Below are positions 1 to 9,591 of a stretch of DNA of 64,000 nt, in pieces. The stretch is from Anaeroplasmataceae bacterium (GTDB lineage Bacteria > Bacillota_I > Bacilli_A > Acholeplasmatales > Anaeroplasmataceae). The position numbers were made by a program, and so were the translations under genes. Below the pieces are notes generated by a model. The model ran no database searches and was not told where the DNA came from. It saw only the letters and a list, made by a program, of their open reading frames with translations. Each line of letters starts with the position of its first letter. The stretch's first letter is position 1. The stretch is taken from contig JBJEFR010000113.1 of NCBI GenBank assembly GCA_051874255.1, forward strand, positions 421-64,420, written 5' to 3'.

Positions 1-190
1 AAACTTAAAAATCCAATTACAAAAATTACAAAAATTATTTTTTTCTCATCTTATTTTCTCCCCACATTATATATTTAGTTTTACTTATGTTAAATTAAAA
101 TTATCTTACTAACTTAAATTCATGCTTCCCTAATTTAACAAACAACATTCGATATGATTATATCACTAGTAAAACGATAATGCAATATCA

Positions 191-441
191 TTAACAATAA
201 TATTTTTAGTTTCCCCAAAATTAAATTAAAGTGCTTAACTAAGCTATTTTTACAAATTAATTATTAATAAAAAAATATGTTAATATATAAAGTAATACGA
301 TAACCGAGCCATTTTTTTGATTGAAGTAAATGACTCGGTATTATTCAATATATAATATACATTGTAATTTTTTATGCTTGAATAAAAAAATGGGGAAACT
401 CAAACATTAACAATAATATAATATGCAATTAACAATAATAT
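191..441. repeat. Three dispersed copies of the 13-mer TTAACAATAATAT (191-203, 407-419, 429-441), each next to an ATGCAAT-like word
   Basis: Exact 13-nt matches read directly in the non-coding region downstream of the GGDEF gene. Confidence 0.6.
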
Positions 442-459
442 AATTTGCATGTTAATTGC
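425..459. repeat. Perfect 10-bp inverted repeat GCAATTAACA / TGTTAATTGC with a 15-nt spacer; weak terminator candidate for the GGDEF gene
   Basis: Arms at 425-434 and 450-459, about 25 nt past the stop at 484. No clean U-tract follows on the minus strand. Confidence 0.35.
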
Positions 460-483
460 TAAAGTAAATTCCGCTATTGATAG

Positions 484-1554
484 TTACTCTTCTATATATC
501 TCTCTACTCTATTTCTTCCATTATCCTTAGCTTTATATAATGCTTTGTCAGCTTGACTTAACGCAATATTATAATCAAATGCATCTTGATCCATAACAAT
601 AGTGAATCCTACACTTACTGTGACTTTATTATGATTAGATTTAATATGTTCAATATTTAAATCATAAACTTTTTTTCTAATATCCTCAGCTATATTATAA
701 ATAGATTCATCAAATATATTTTTTACTATACCAATAAATTCTTCTCCACCATAACGATAAAAGTTTACATCCTTATAAGTATTACTTATATCTAATAATA
801 CATTTGAAACGGCAATTAAACAGTCATCACCCATTTGATGAGAATAGGTATCGTTATACGTTTTAAAAAAATCTATATCAAGCATTATTACACTAGTAAT
901 ATTTTTATCAGTTTTTAAAACCTCAAAAAGCTCAATTCTATTACGTAATCCTGTTAAATAATCTGTCTTTGCAGATTCCTCTGCAAGTCTTTTTAAATCT
1001 ATATTATCGAGCATTATCTTATTTGAAAAATGAGATAAAAATAAGCATAATGATAATGTAGATAGTACATTAAAAATCTCATGAACCTTAGTATCATTAT
1101 TTTTAAATACTAATACTAAAACCATATAGATTATTGAATTCATAGCTGTGAATGTATCTATTCTCCACTCATAATCTAAAATAATAATAGGATTTAAAAA
1201 TAGGAAAAATAATATTGTCACACATACCATATCAGGCTGAAGAACAATACTTGAAAATGCTAAATATAAATAAAATGCAGTAAATAAAAAATATGAAAAA
1301 AATAATATATATTTCTTAAATACCTTTTTAAACAAAAATATAAAACCTAATATTATAGATAATACTCCTATAACTATCAAATAAGGAACAAACATAACCT
1401 TATATTCTGTAACAATAAGACTTACAGGAATACTACATATATATATTATTAATATAGCTATTAACGTAACTAGTAATATTCTATAATTTCTTTCATTTAT
1501 ATCTTTTCTATTTAGTTGTATCTTCTTTTTGTTTAACTCCATCATTATAATCAA
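484..1554 (-). CDS. Membrane-bound diguanylate cyclase (GGDEF domain)
   Basis: 356-aa ORF. The N-terminal ~180 aa is strongly hydrophobic (several TM helices). The C-terminal GGDEF domain has an intact RYGGEEF motif. No RxxD I-site is seen upstream of it. Confidence 0.8.
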   Translation of the reverse strand: MIIMMELNKKKIQLNRKDINERNYRILLVTLIAILIIYICSIPVSLIVTEYKVMFVPYLIVIGVLSIILGFIFLFKKVFKKYILFFSYFLFTAFYLYLAFSSIVLQPDMVCVTILFFLFLNPIIILDYEWRIDTFTAMNSIIYMVLVLVFKNNDTKVHEIFNVLSTLSLCLFLSHFSNKIMLDNIDLKRLAEESAKTDYLTGLRNRIELFEVLKTDKNITSVIMLDIDFFKTYNDTYSHQMGDDCLIAVSNVLLDISNTYKDVNFYRYGGEEFIGIVKNIFDESIYNIAEDIRKKVYDLNIEHIKSNHNKVTVSVGFTIVMDQDAFDYNIALSQADKALYKAKDNGRNRVERYIEE

Positions 1555-1671
1555 CTACTCTCGTGCGCTAATTATAACATAAATTAATCTATTATAGCAA
1601 ATTTACAATTTACACTTTTTTGCAAAAATAGATTTATATAAAAATTATTGTTCAATAAACATATTATTATT

Positions 1672-1707
1672 ACAAAATAAAAAGCTTAGGATTGGGAGTC
1701 CTAAGCT
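1672..1707 (-). terminator. Intrinsic terminator after rplM-rpsI
   Basis: 9-bp stem AGCTTAGGA/TCCTAAGCT (1683-1707) with a 7-nt loop, followed on the minus strand by UUUUUAUUUUG. Confidence 0.8.
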
Positions 1708-1756
1708 TTTCTTTATCCATATTAATTCTAATCTTATTATATAATCTAAACTGTAA

Positions 1757-2155
1757 TTATCTCTTAGAGAATTGAGGAGCACGACGAGCTTTCTTAAGAC
1801 CGTATTTCTTACGCTCTTTAGCACGTGGATCACGAGTTACTAATCCAGCTGGCTTTAAAGTTGCTCTATAGTCAGGATTTACTTCCATTAAAGCACGAGT
1901 GATTCCTAAACGGATTGCTCCTGCTTGACCTGTAGTTCCTCCTCCAAAAACATTAACACTAATATCAAACTTATCAGTATTTTCAGTTAACTCAAGTGGT
2001 TGTAAAACATCTAATCTAACAGCTGCAGATGGGATATAATCCTCAAAAGCTCTACCATTGATTGTGATATTTCCTTTACCTGCTTGTAAAACTACTCTTG
2101 CTACAGAACTCTTACGACGTCCTGTTCCGAAATATTGAACTTTCTTATTTGCCAT
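1757..2155 (-). CDS. rpsI: 30S ribosomal protein uS9
   Basis: 132 aa with the hallmark C-terminus [12 protein letters not shown]; lies immediately downstream of rplM. Confidence 0.97.
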   Translation of the reverse strand: MANKKVQYFGTGRRKSSVARVVLQAGKGNITINGRAFEDYIPSAAVRLDVLQPLELTENTDKFDISVNVFGGGTTGQAGAIRLGITRALMEVNPDYRATLKPAGLVTRDPRAKERKKYGLKKARRAPQFSKR

Positions 2156-2173
2156 AGTTGTTTTTCCTCCTTA

Positions 2174-2608
2174 TTAAGCCTTAACTACAAACTCAACTGG
2201 TTTTTGAGCTGTATGTGGATGAGTGCTTCCAGCATAAACATAAAGTTGCTTTCTCATTTGGTCACCTAACTTAGTGTGAGGTAGCATACCAAATACTGCA
2301 AGCTCTACCATTCTTGTTGGGAACTTAGTCATCATTGTTTCAGCATTAACTGCAGTTAATCCACCATTATAGTCTGAATGACGATAGTAGATTTTATCTT
2401 GCCACTTATTTCCTGTTAACTTGATCTTGTCAGCATTGATAACAATTACGTTATCTCCGCAGTTAACATGTGGAGTATAAGTAGGTTTGTGCTTTCCTCT
2501 TAATAAAGAAGCTACTTGAGTTGCTAAACGTCCTAGTGTTAAACCAGTTGCGTCTACAACATACCAATTGTGTTGTACAGTTTGATTATTTGCCATATAA
2601 GTATTCAT
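2174..2608 (-). CDS. rplM: 50S ribosomal protein uL13
   Basis: 144 aa with conserved NWYVVDA...GRLA...[22 protein letters not shown] upstream. Confidence 0.97.
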   Translation of the reverse strand: MNTYMANNQTVQHNWYVVDATGLTLGRLATQVASLLRGKHKPTYTPHVNCGDNVIVINADKIKLTGNKWQDKIYYRHSDYNGGLTAVNAETMMTKFPTRMVELAVFGMLPHTKLGDQMRKQLYVYAGSTHPHTAQKPVEFVVKA

Positions 2609-2674
2609 AGAATATTTTCCTCCTTAAATTTAATAATTAAGGGCATTGTGGATATATAAAATGTACCGTTAGGT

Positions 2675-2703
2675 ATTATATATGAAAAGGCAAAAGATGT
2701 CAA
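2675..2703 (-). promoter_or_regulatory. Sigma-A type promoter for rplM-rpsI
   Basis: Minus strand reads TTGACA - 17 nt - TATAAT, about 65 nt upstream of the rplM start. Confidence 0.7.
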
Positions 2704-2780
2704 GCATATTTTTTTGTATGAGATAATTTTAATATGGTATTTATAACATTTATGTTATAATTAAAAAGGAGCGTGATAAT

Positions 2781-4574
2781 ATGCCATTTTTACCATTAAC
2801 CTTAGATGAGATGAAACAATACGGTTGGGATAGACCAGATTTTGTATTTATTACTGGAGATGCTTATGTTGACCATCCTTCTTTTGGTCCTGCAATAATT
2901 ACAAGAGTACTAGAAAATTTTGGTTATAAATGCTGTATTATATCTCAACCAGATATAAACAAGGATGAGGACTTTAAGGTTTTCCCTACTCCAAAACTAG
3001 CATTTTTGGTTTCTAGTGGAAATATTGATTCTATGGTTAACCATTACACCGTATCTAAACGACGTAGAATGAAGGATTACTATACCCCAAATGGAGAAAT
3101 GGGAAAAAGACCTGATAGGGCTTTAATTAAGTATTGTAATAAGCTAAGGCATCTTTATCCTGAAAGTGATATTATCATAGGTGGTGTTGAAGCATCCTTA
3201 AGAAGACTAGGTCATTATGATTATTGGGATGATGCCGTACGTAAATCTATTTTACTTGATAGTAATGCTGATTTATTATTATATGGTATGGGAGAAAAAA
3301 CCATAGTTGAGGTAGCTGATGCCCTAGCATCAGGACTTAGAGCTCGTGATATTATATATATTAGAAATAGTGTATGGAAAACAACTGATAAAAGTATATT
3401 ACCCTACAATGGAGTATATCTACCTAAATTCAATGAAATTAAAACTAATCGCTTCAAATACGTTGAAGCCTTTCAAATACAATATAAAAATTGTGATGCA
3501 TTTATAGGAAAGCCCTTAATTGAAGAATATGAAAATGGTGTTTATGTTATACAAAATGAACCACAATTTCCACTAACACAAGATGAAATGGATCAAGTAT
3601 ATTCTCTACCTTTCATGAGAACAACTCATCCATTAATTGAAGCGAAGGGGCATGTTCCAGCGATTGATGAGGTACAATTTTCAATTGTATCTAATCGTGG
3701 ATGCTTTGGAAATTGCAATTTCTGTGCCATTACCTTCCATCAAGGCCAAATCATTCAATCACGTAGTAAGGAATCACTAGTTAATGAGGCAATAGAAATT
3801 ACTAAAATGCCAAATTTCAAAGGATATATACATGATGTTGGTGGTCCTTCTGCAAATTTTTACCATCCTGCATGTACTAAACAGCTAAAGGCTGGAGTTT
3901 GTCGTCACCAAAGATGCTTATCATTTAAGCCTTGTAAAAATCTAGTAGCTGATCATAGTGATTACCTTGATGCATTAAGAGAGATAAGGAAGGTTCCGGG
4001 TGTTAAAAAGGTCTTCGTGCGTTCAGGAATTAGATATGACTATGTCATGTATGACCATGATAAAACCTTCCTTGAAGAAATTATTAAATACCATGTTTCT
4101 GGTCAGCTTAAGGTTGCCCCAGAGCATGTTGATGATAGGGTACTTGTTCATATGGGAAAGCCATCAAGAGATTTATATGATAAATTCTGTGATTTATATT
4201 ATAAACTAAATGAAAAGAATAATATGAAGCAATATCTTGTTCCATATTTAATGTCTAGCCATCCAGGCTCAACTTTAGATTGTGCAATTAATTTAGCTTG
4301 TTATATAAGAGATACTGGCCATCAGCCAGAACAGGTTCAAGACTTCTATCCAACTCCTGGTACTGCCAGTACTTGTATGTTCTATACAGGAATAGATCCA
4401 TTTACAAATGAGCCTGTTTATGTCCCTAAAAAGCCTAGAGAAAAGGCTATGCAAAGAGCTCTTATGCAATATAAAAATCCTAAGAATTATGAATTAGTTA
4501 AGGAAGCTTTAATTAAGGCTGGTCGTACTGATTTAATAGGATACGGAAAGGAATGCCTAATAAAACCAAGATAA
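2781..4574 (+). CDS. ygiQ: YgiQ-family (UPF0313) radical SAM protein
   Basis: 597 aa. The N-terminus MPFLPLTLDEM...GWDRPDFVFITGDAYVDHPSFG is typical of YgiQ. CxxxCxxC-type cluster CFGNCNFC. Confidence 0.85.
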   Translation: MPFLPLTLDEMKQYGWDRPDFVFITGDAYVDHPSFGPAIITRVLENFGYKCCIISQPDINKDEDFKVFPTPKLAFLVSSGNIDSMVNHYTVSKRRRMKDYYTPNGEMGKRPDRALIKYCNKLRHLYPESDIIIGGVEASLRRLGHYDYWDDAVRKSILLDSNADLLLYGMGEKTIVEVADALASGLRARDIIYIRNSVWKTTDKSILPYNGVYLPKFNEIKTNRFKYVEAFQIQYKNCDAFIGKPLIEEYENGVYVIQNEPQFPLTQDEMDQVYSLPFMRTTHPLIEAKGHVPAIDEVQFSIVSNRGCFGNCNFCAITFHQGQIIQSRSKESLVNEAIEITKMPNFKGYIHDVGGPSANFYHPACTKQLKAGVCRHQRCLSFKPCKNLVADHSDYLDALREIRKVPGVKKVFVRSGIRYDYVMYDHDKTFLEEIIKYHVSGQLKVAPEHVDDRVLVHMGKPSRDLYDKFCDLYYKLNEKNNMKQYLVPYLMSSHPGSTLDCAINLACYIRDTGHQPEQVQDFYPTPGTASTCMFYTGIDPFTNEPVYVPKKPREKAMQRALMQYKNPKNYELVKEALIKAGRTDLIGYGKECLIKPR

Positions 4575-6178
4575 TGAAAACACTACTTTTAGGAATAAAT
4601 GCTAAATATATACATCCTAATTTAGCTATTAGATTATTAAAAGCTAACACTAGATATGAAACTGATATAAAGGAATTCACTATAAAAGAGGATATTAATA
4701 ATATTATTAATTATATTATAGATAATCATTATGAAATACTTGGTATATCCTGTTATATTTGGAATATAGAAATAGTAAAAAATATAATCAAGTTATTAAA
4801 GGAAAAGAATCCAAATCTTATTATAGTACTTGGTGGACCTGAGGTTTCATATAACGGAAATGAATATTTAAATTTAGTAGATTATGTTATTAAAAATGAA
4901 GGTGAAAGAGCATGGGATATGCTTCTTGATTATATCCATGGTAATGGGAACATATGTGAAATACCAAATTTATATTATAAAGATGGATTTACATATGATG
5001 AAATAGTTGATATTACTACTATCAAAACCGCATATCATTTAATTGAAGATGTGAAAAATCAAATAATTTATTTTGAAACATCAAGAGGATGTCCCTTCCA
5101 TTGTGCATACTGCATGGCATCCTTAGATAATCATGTAAGATTTTTTGATATTGACCAAATAAAAAAAGATTTAGATTTACTTCTAGCTAGGGGTGCTAGA
5201 GTAATTAAATTCTTAGATAGAACCTTCAATGCTAATAAAAAGAAATTTATTGATTTAATATTATTTTTAATTGAAAAGCATAAGCCATATAATTCATTCC
5301 AATTTGAAATAACAGGAGATTTATTAGATGAGGATATAATAGACTTTATTAACCAAAAGGCTCCTAAAAACCTATTTAGATTTGAAATAGGTATTCAATC
5401 TACAAATATTGAAAGTAATCGTCTTGTATATCGAATTCAAAATAATCAAAAATTATTTCATAACATTAGGCTAATCCAAAATGCGAATGTAATAGACCTA
5501 CATTTAGATTTAATAGCTGGATTACCAAAAGAAGATTATAAAAGCTTTCAAAATACCTTTAATGAAGTATTAAGTCTTAGACCTAAAGAGCTTCAGTTAG
5601 GATTCTTAAAGCTACTTCACGGTACAAAGCTAGAAAATGAAGCCTATAAATATAATTATATATTTAATAAAACAGCTCCTTATGAAATAAAATGTAATGA
5701 TTCATTATCTGAAGAGGATATACGGATGATACATATATGTGAGGATGCTTTTGAGAAATATTATAATTATGGATATATGAAAAATGCTATTAATTATATA
5801 TTAGACAATATAAATGATGCCTTCCATTTCTTTTTTAATTTAGGTATTTTTTACATGAATAATGAGCATGACGGGCTCCATGGACTATTTAATACCATAG
5901 ATCTATTTATTAAGAACAATTATAGCTTTTATGACGAGGCTCATGTATTGCTAATTGAGGATTACTTAAAATATAATAATGTAAAGGCTAAAACCTGGTG
6001 GGATAGGCCAAATAATAAAAATGAGTTAATTAGATATATTGATAGTATTAATCTTACACCATTTTCTATTGATATTTTATATAAATATAGTATGGTTGTT
6101 GAATATAAGGATTATATTATTGTCGCATTATATATTGATAATCAATCATATGTATATAAGCATAAAAGGAATAGCTAA
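4574..6178 (+). CDS. B12-binding-domain radical SAM protein (DUF4080-type C-terminus)
   Basis: Start moved to the ATG at 4574, which overlaps the ygiQ stop as TAATG and gives MKTLLLGINAKYIHPNLAIRLL. Radical SAM motif SRGCPFHCAYC. Confidence 0.75.
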   Translation: MKTLLLGINAKYIHPNLAIRLLKANTRYETDIKEFTIKEDINNIINYIIDNHYEILGISCYIWNIEIVKNIIKLLKEKNPNLIIVLGGPEVSYNGNEYLNLVDYVIKNEGERAWDMLLDYIHGNGNICEIPNLYYKDGFTYDEIVDITTIKTAYHLIEDVKNQIIYFETSRGCPFHCAYCMASLDNHVRFFDIDQIKKDLDLLLARGARVIKFLDRTFNANKKKFIDLILFLIEKHKPYNSFQFEITGDLLDEDIIDFINQKAPKNLFRFEIGIQSTNIESNRLVYRIQNNQKLFHNIRLIQNANVIDLHLDLIAGLPKEDYKSFQNTFNEVLSLRPKELQLGFLKLLHGTKLENEAYKYNYIFNKTAPYEIKCNDSLSEEDIRMIHICEDAFEKYYNYGYMKNAINYILDNINDAFHFFFNLGIFYMNNEHDGLHGLFNTIDLFIKNNYSFYDEAHVLLIEDYLKYNNVKAKTWWDRPNNKNELIRYIDSINLTPFSIDILYKYSMVVEYKDYIIVALYIDNQSYVYKHKRNS

Positions 6179-6198
6179 CGAACTAGCTACTCCTTTTT
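6161..6198. terminator. Bidirectional hairpin spanning the stop codons of two convergent genes
   Basis: GGAATAGCTA (6168-6177) / TAGCTACTCC (6184-6193), 9 of 10 positions complementary, with a 6-nt loop. TTTTT follows on the plus strand and UUUUAUG on the minus strand. The plus-gene stop is at 6176-6178 and the minus-gene stop at 6187-6189. Confidence 0.55.
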
Positions 6199-6858
6199 AT
6201 TATTATTTTCATCTTTTTGCTTCTCACTTAATATTTCTTTAAGTATTTCTTCTCGCATATCACTTAAAATCTCTGAACGAAGCTTATCCTTCTCTTCTTT
6301 TAGCTTTTTATTTTTACTACTATTTAAGAATAAATTAACTGATTCAAGGATTATAATACCTACAAAGAATACAACTAATAATCCATATATTAAAGTTTTA
6401 TTTGAAGCAATTTTCCCTAGGTTTAAGAAATTAAATGTTCTTACATACTTTCCTACAAGCATATCCTCAGTAACACGTTCTATATCAACAATACCATTAT
6501 TGTTGTCTCCAAGCATCTCAAATCCATCCGTATATACTTCATTAATTCTATGAACTATATACATTCCTTCTGTTGAACCTTTAGATGAACGATATACTAT
6601 TATATCTCCTTTTTTTAATGTGCTATAATCACACTTTTTAAATATAATAGTATCCCCAGCATTAATTGTAGGCTCCATACTACTAGTAGGAACATAAGAG
6701 TATGAATATCCAAAATAGCTAACAGGCTTTGAAGTTCTAACAGCAATTACATTACATATTAGCATATATAATACTAATAATACTATAGTAATAGTTAAGA
6801 CTGTTCCGGATATTGTAAATATTTTTTTTACTTTTTTATTCATCGTCATCAGAGCCAT
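6187..6858 (-). CDS. SipW-type (archaeal/ER-type) signal peptidase I with a C-terminal TM and Lys/Glu-rich tail
   Basis: 223 aa with an N-terminal TM. Ser box PTSSMEPT, His box IVHRI, GDNN box, then a second TM (LIYGLLVVFFVGIIIL) and the charged tail KKLKEEKDKLRSEIL...KQKDENNNKKE. Overlaps the preceding gene by 23 nt. Confidence 0.8.
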   Translation of the reverse strand: MALMTMNKKVKKIFTISGTVLTITIVLLVLYMLICNVIAVRTSKPVSYFGYSYSYVPTSSMEPTINAGDTIIFKKCDYSTLKKGDIIVYRSSKGSTEGMYIVHRINEVYTDGFEMLGDNNNGIVDIERVTEDMLVGKYVRTFNFLNLGKIASNKTLIYGLLVVFFVGIIILESVNLFLNSSKNKKLKEEKDKLRSEILSDMREEILKEILSEKQKDENNNKKE

Positions 6859-9568
6859 GACTATCTATAATTTTTTTTCTCTCCTCAGGACTAAGATCAG
6901 TCCATCCATCAGCCTTTTTCTCAGCTTCCTTAGCCTGAGCCTCTAGTGCTTTACGTCTTATAGCTTCTCTTCTTCGACGTAGTAGCTCTTTAGGATCAAT
7001 ACTTTCCTCAACTGGAGTATCCTCTTCATCCTCTTCCTCATGAGCCTGAGCATTTTGACGATTTTTAGCTTCTAAGGCTCTTTGTCTTATAGCCTCTCTT
7101 CGTTTACGAAGAGCTTCTTTTATTTCGTCATCATTTGATGGAGAATTGCTAGAGATATTTTCAGTATTAGTTTGCTCCTCTGAAGCCTTCTTTTGAGCCT
7201 CAAGGGCACGACGTCTAATTATATCCCTATTACGTTCAAACATAGATCTAGAATCCATTTGAGTTGAACGCATACTTGGTTGATGAGTGCTTTGTTCATC
7301 TGAAGACTGAACGATATCAGAATCTAAACTAAATAATTCATCACGCTGTTGACTTTCAAGAGCCTCTCTTCTTCGTCTAAGCTTAGTTCTTGCATCCTCT
7401 TCCTTATGCTCATTATCTTCATCATCTTCTTCAATTACGGCTGTGCTATTTTTGTTTGCTAGAGCCTTTTGTCTAATAGCTTCTCTTCTTCGACGTAATA
7501 ATTCTTTTGGATCAAGTGTTTGTGTTGAAGTTTCTTCATCATCGTCCTCATCTTCAACCATATCATTTTCATCCATAGAATCTAAGGCCTTTATTCTTTC
7601 ATCAATGCTTCTTACTAAAGAATCATCGTCTTCATCTTCATCATCCTCTAGTTCTGCATTCTTTAAAGCTTCTTCCTTCGCTTTAGCTGCCGCAGCCTTT
7701 TGTCTAATTATTTCTCTTCGACGACGTAATAATTCCTTAGCATCAAGATGTGCCTTTTCAGCCTCAAGCTTACGCTCTTCCTCAGCAATACGCTCTTCCT
7801 CAGCAAGTCTTGCCTTTTCTGCTTCTTCACGTTCTGCCTTCTTACGTGCACGTTCCTCAGCTCTCTTTGCCTTCGCAGCATCTTGTTCAGCCTTTATTGC
7901 TGCACGACGCTCCATAAGCTTTGCCTTGGCTTCAGCCATACGAGCTTTTTCTGCAGCTTTTGCTTGATCACTTGCAGCCTTCGCGGCCTCACGTTCTGCC
8001 TTTTTACGTGCCATTTCTTCCTCATGAAGCCTTTGAGCCTCTTCTCTTTCACGAGCACGTTTTTCAGCACGTTCTGCCTTTTCCTTAGCTAATTTAGCTA
8101 AACGAGCTTCTCTTGCCTCTTGTTGACGTATCTTTTCTTCAAGCATTTGAATTTCTGCAAGAGTGTCATCATATTCCTTTTTAGTATTGTTATAATCAAT
8201 TTCTTTTAATCTTGTAACAGTTTCTAATACTTCTGATTTTTTCTTTGCTCTTTCAAGCTTAATTGGAAGTGGAACCTCATCGAAGCTACCTTCAATAGGC
8301 ATTTCAAATAATGGAGGATAAATAGAATTTAATACCTCCTGCATTTCTCTAAATACAAGCTCTAAGGAATACTTTTTCTCCATTCCTGAATTAACCTTAT
8401 CATCTAATGATTGTTGATAAAATTCTTGAGTTTTATTTAAGAAATACTCACTCATCTCAAACTTTTCAAGCTTTTGACTTGTTGGATTAAACTTATACTC
8501 ATCATCCATTTTAGAAAGCATTTTTGCCTTACGAGTAGTAAATTCCTTATATGGGGTATTTTCAGGGTCTAAATCAGTATCGCCATTAAAATATAGCATT
8601 GTACCTACAGCCTCTGACATAATACCATCAACTGTTTTAGCTAATTCATCTGGATACTTATTCTTCTTTTCCTTAACATTAACATCAAACGCTAATTCGT
8701 TATAACGATCAAGGAAAACCCAAGTATTATAACATACCTTAAACTCAGCATTCTTTAAAATAATATTAGTTTTTAAAATAGGAGGTGTTACCTCTTTATA
8801 GTTCTTTAAATCCTGCATTAATTTAGAAGAACGTAGAGTCTTATAATTTTCATGTATTGCTTGAGCTTTTTCAAATGTTTCACGGGCAGCCTTGATTTGG
8901 GCATCAAGCTGACGTTCCATCTTAACTGAAAGCTCAACCTTTACTTTAGTTTTTTCAAACTTAAAGCTATTTGTTACTGTCGTATTTTTAGTCTCATAGC
9001 TATCAAGATTCTTTTTCATAATTTGAACTCTTAATGATAAGAACTTACAAATACGATTGATTAATGTTTTTATAAACCTATTTTCATAGATTCCAATTTC
9101 ATCCTCAGCAAATGTAGTTAATAGCTTAGATGGGATTATATCTCCCTCTTCAGTAACTAACTTAATATTTTGAGTATGACTAGCCAAATGACGTACTGTA
9201 TCTGAATTAACCTTTTTTACCTTTTCCATAGGAACAACATCTTGTTCATATCGAATAGCTTTTTTAGGATCCTTTAATATTTTTGAAATACTTTTAAAGC
9301 ATGTCTCCAAAATAGGTATAAAAGACTTTTCAAATATTTTAGTCTCTCTTATTGTTTTCGAATAAACTGTACGAGAACCACCTTTAATTTGATTAAATAG
9401 CATATCACCTAAAGATGATTTTTCTCTAGCACTATCGAAGTTTTCGCTGAGAATGCGGTAAAATTCACTTACAGAATCATCATTTTCTTCTTCAGTTGTA
9501 GGAGGAATTATCTCTTCACTAGCACTTTGTAAAGATTCCTTTTCATTTACTTCTGCCACATTACTCAC
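6836..9568 (-). CDS. 910-aa cytoplasmic protein: ~470-aa globular N-domain, ER/K-rich helix, and six RRRREAIRQKALEA-type basic repeats separated by poly-acidic linkers
   Basis: Uninterrupted ORF with no TM or signal peptide. The short YENRFIKTLINRI segment resembles the N-terminal region of McrC-like partners. No PD-(D/E)xK nuclease motif was recognised. Confidence 0.6.
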   Translation of the reverse strand: MSNVAEVNEKESLQSASEEIIPPTTEEENDDSVSEFYRILSENFDSAREKSSLGDMLFNQIKGGSRTVYSKTIRETKIFEKSFIPILETCFKSISKILKDPKKAIRYEQDVVPMEKVKKVNSDTVRHLASHTQNIKLVTEEGDIIPSKLLTTFAEDEIGIYENRFIKTLINRICKFLSLRVQIMKKNLDSYETKNTTVTNSFKFEKTKVKVELSVKMERQLDAQIKAARETFEKAQAIHENYKTLRSSKLMQDLKNYKEVTPPILKTNIILKNAEFKVCYNTWVFLDRYNELAFDVNVKEKKNKYPDELAKTVDGIMSEAVGTMLYFNGDTDLDPENTPYKEFTTRKAKMLSKMDDEYKFNPTSQKLEKFEMSEYFLNKTQEFYQQSLDDKVNSGMEKKYSLELVFREMQEVLNSIYPPLFEMPIEGSFDEVPLPIKLERAKKKSEVLETVTRLKEIDYNNTKKEYDDTLAEIQMLEEKIRQQEAREARLAKLAKEKAERAEKRAREREEAQRLHEEEMARKKAEREAAKAASDQAKAAEKARMAEAKAKLMERRAAIKAEQDAAKAKRAEERARKKAEREEAEKARLAEEERIAEEERKLEAEKAHLDAKELLRRRREIIRQKAAAAKAKEEALKNAELEDDEDEDDDSLVRSIDERIKALDSMDENDMVEDEDDDEETSTQTLDPKELLRRRREAIRQKALANKNSTAVIEEDDEDNEHKEEDARTKLRRRREALESQQRDELFSLDSDIVQSSDEQSTHQPSMRSTQMDSRSMFERNRDIIRRRALEAQKKASEEQTNTENISSNSPSNDDEIKEALRKRREAIRQRALEAKNRQNAQAHEEEDEEDTPVEESIDPKELLRRRREAIRRKALEAQAKEAEKKADGWTDLSPEERKKIIDSHGSDDDE
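6935..7745 (-). repeat. Dispersed in-frame coding repeats (~40 nt cores) encoding (P)KELLRRRREAIRQKA
   Basis: Similar DNA words such as tagcttctcttcttcgacgta(g/a)ta occur at ~6961, ~7477 and ~7711. More diverged copies lie at ~7081, ~7201 and ~7361. Confidence 0.7.
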
Positions 9569-9591
9569 CTTTCCCCTTCTAGCTTATAATA

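Noticed and set aside
41-60. RBS-like GGGGAG followed by an ATG on the minus strand at the left edge
   Set aside because: The frame reads MRKK followed by a stop, so it is not a gene.
1645-1833. 62-aa minus-strand ORF overlapping the rpsI 3' end and its terminator
   Set aside because: It overlaps a highly conserved ribosomal gene in another frame and runs through the terminator hairpin, so it is spurious.
7443-8092. Two plus-strand ORFs (174 aa Ser/Ala-rich and 114 aa Phe/Leu/Cys-rich) inside the 910-aa gene
   Set aside because: They are mirror-frame artefacts of the E/K/R/A low-complexity repeat region on the minus strand. They have no RBS and their composition is implausible.
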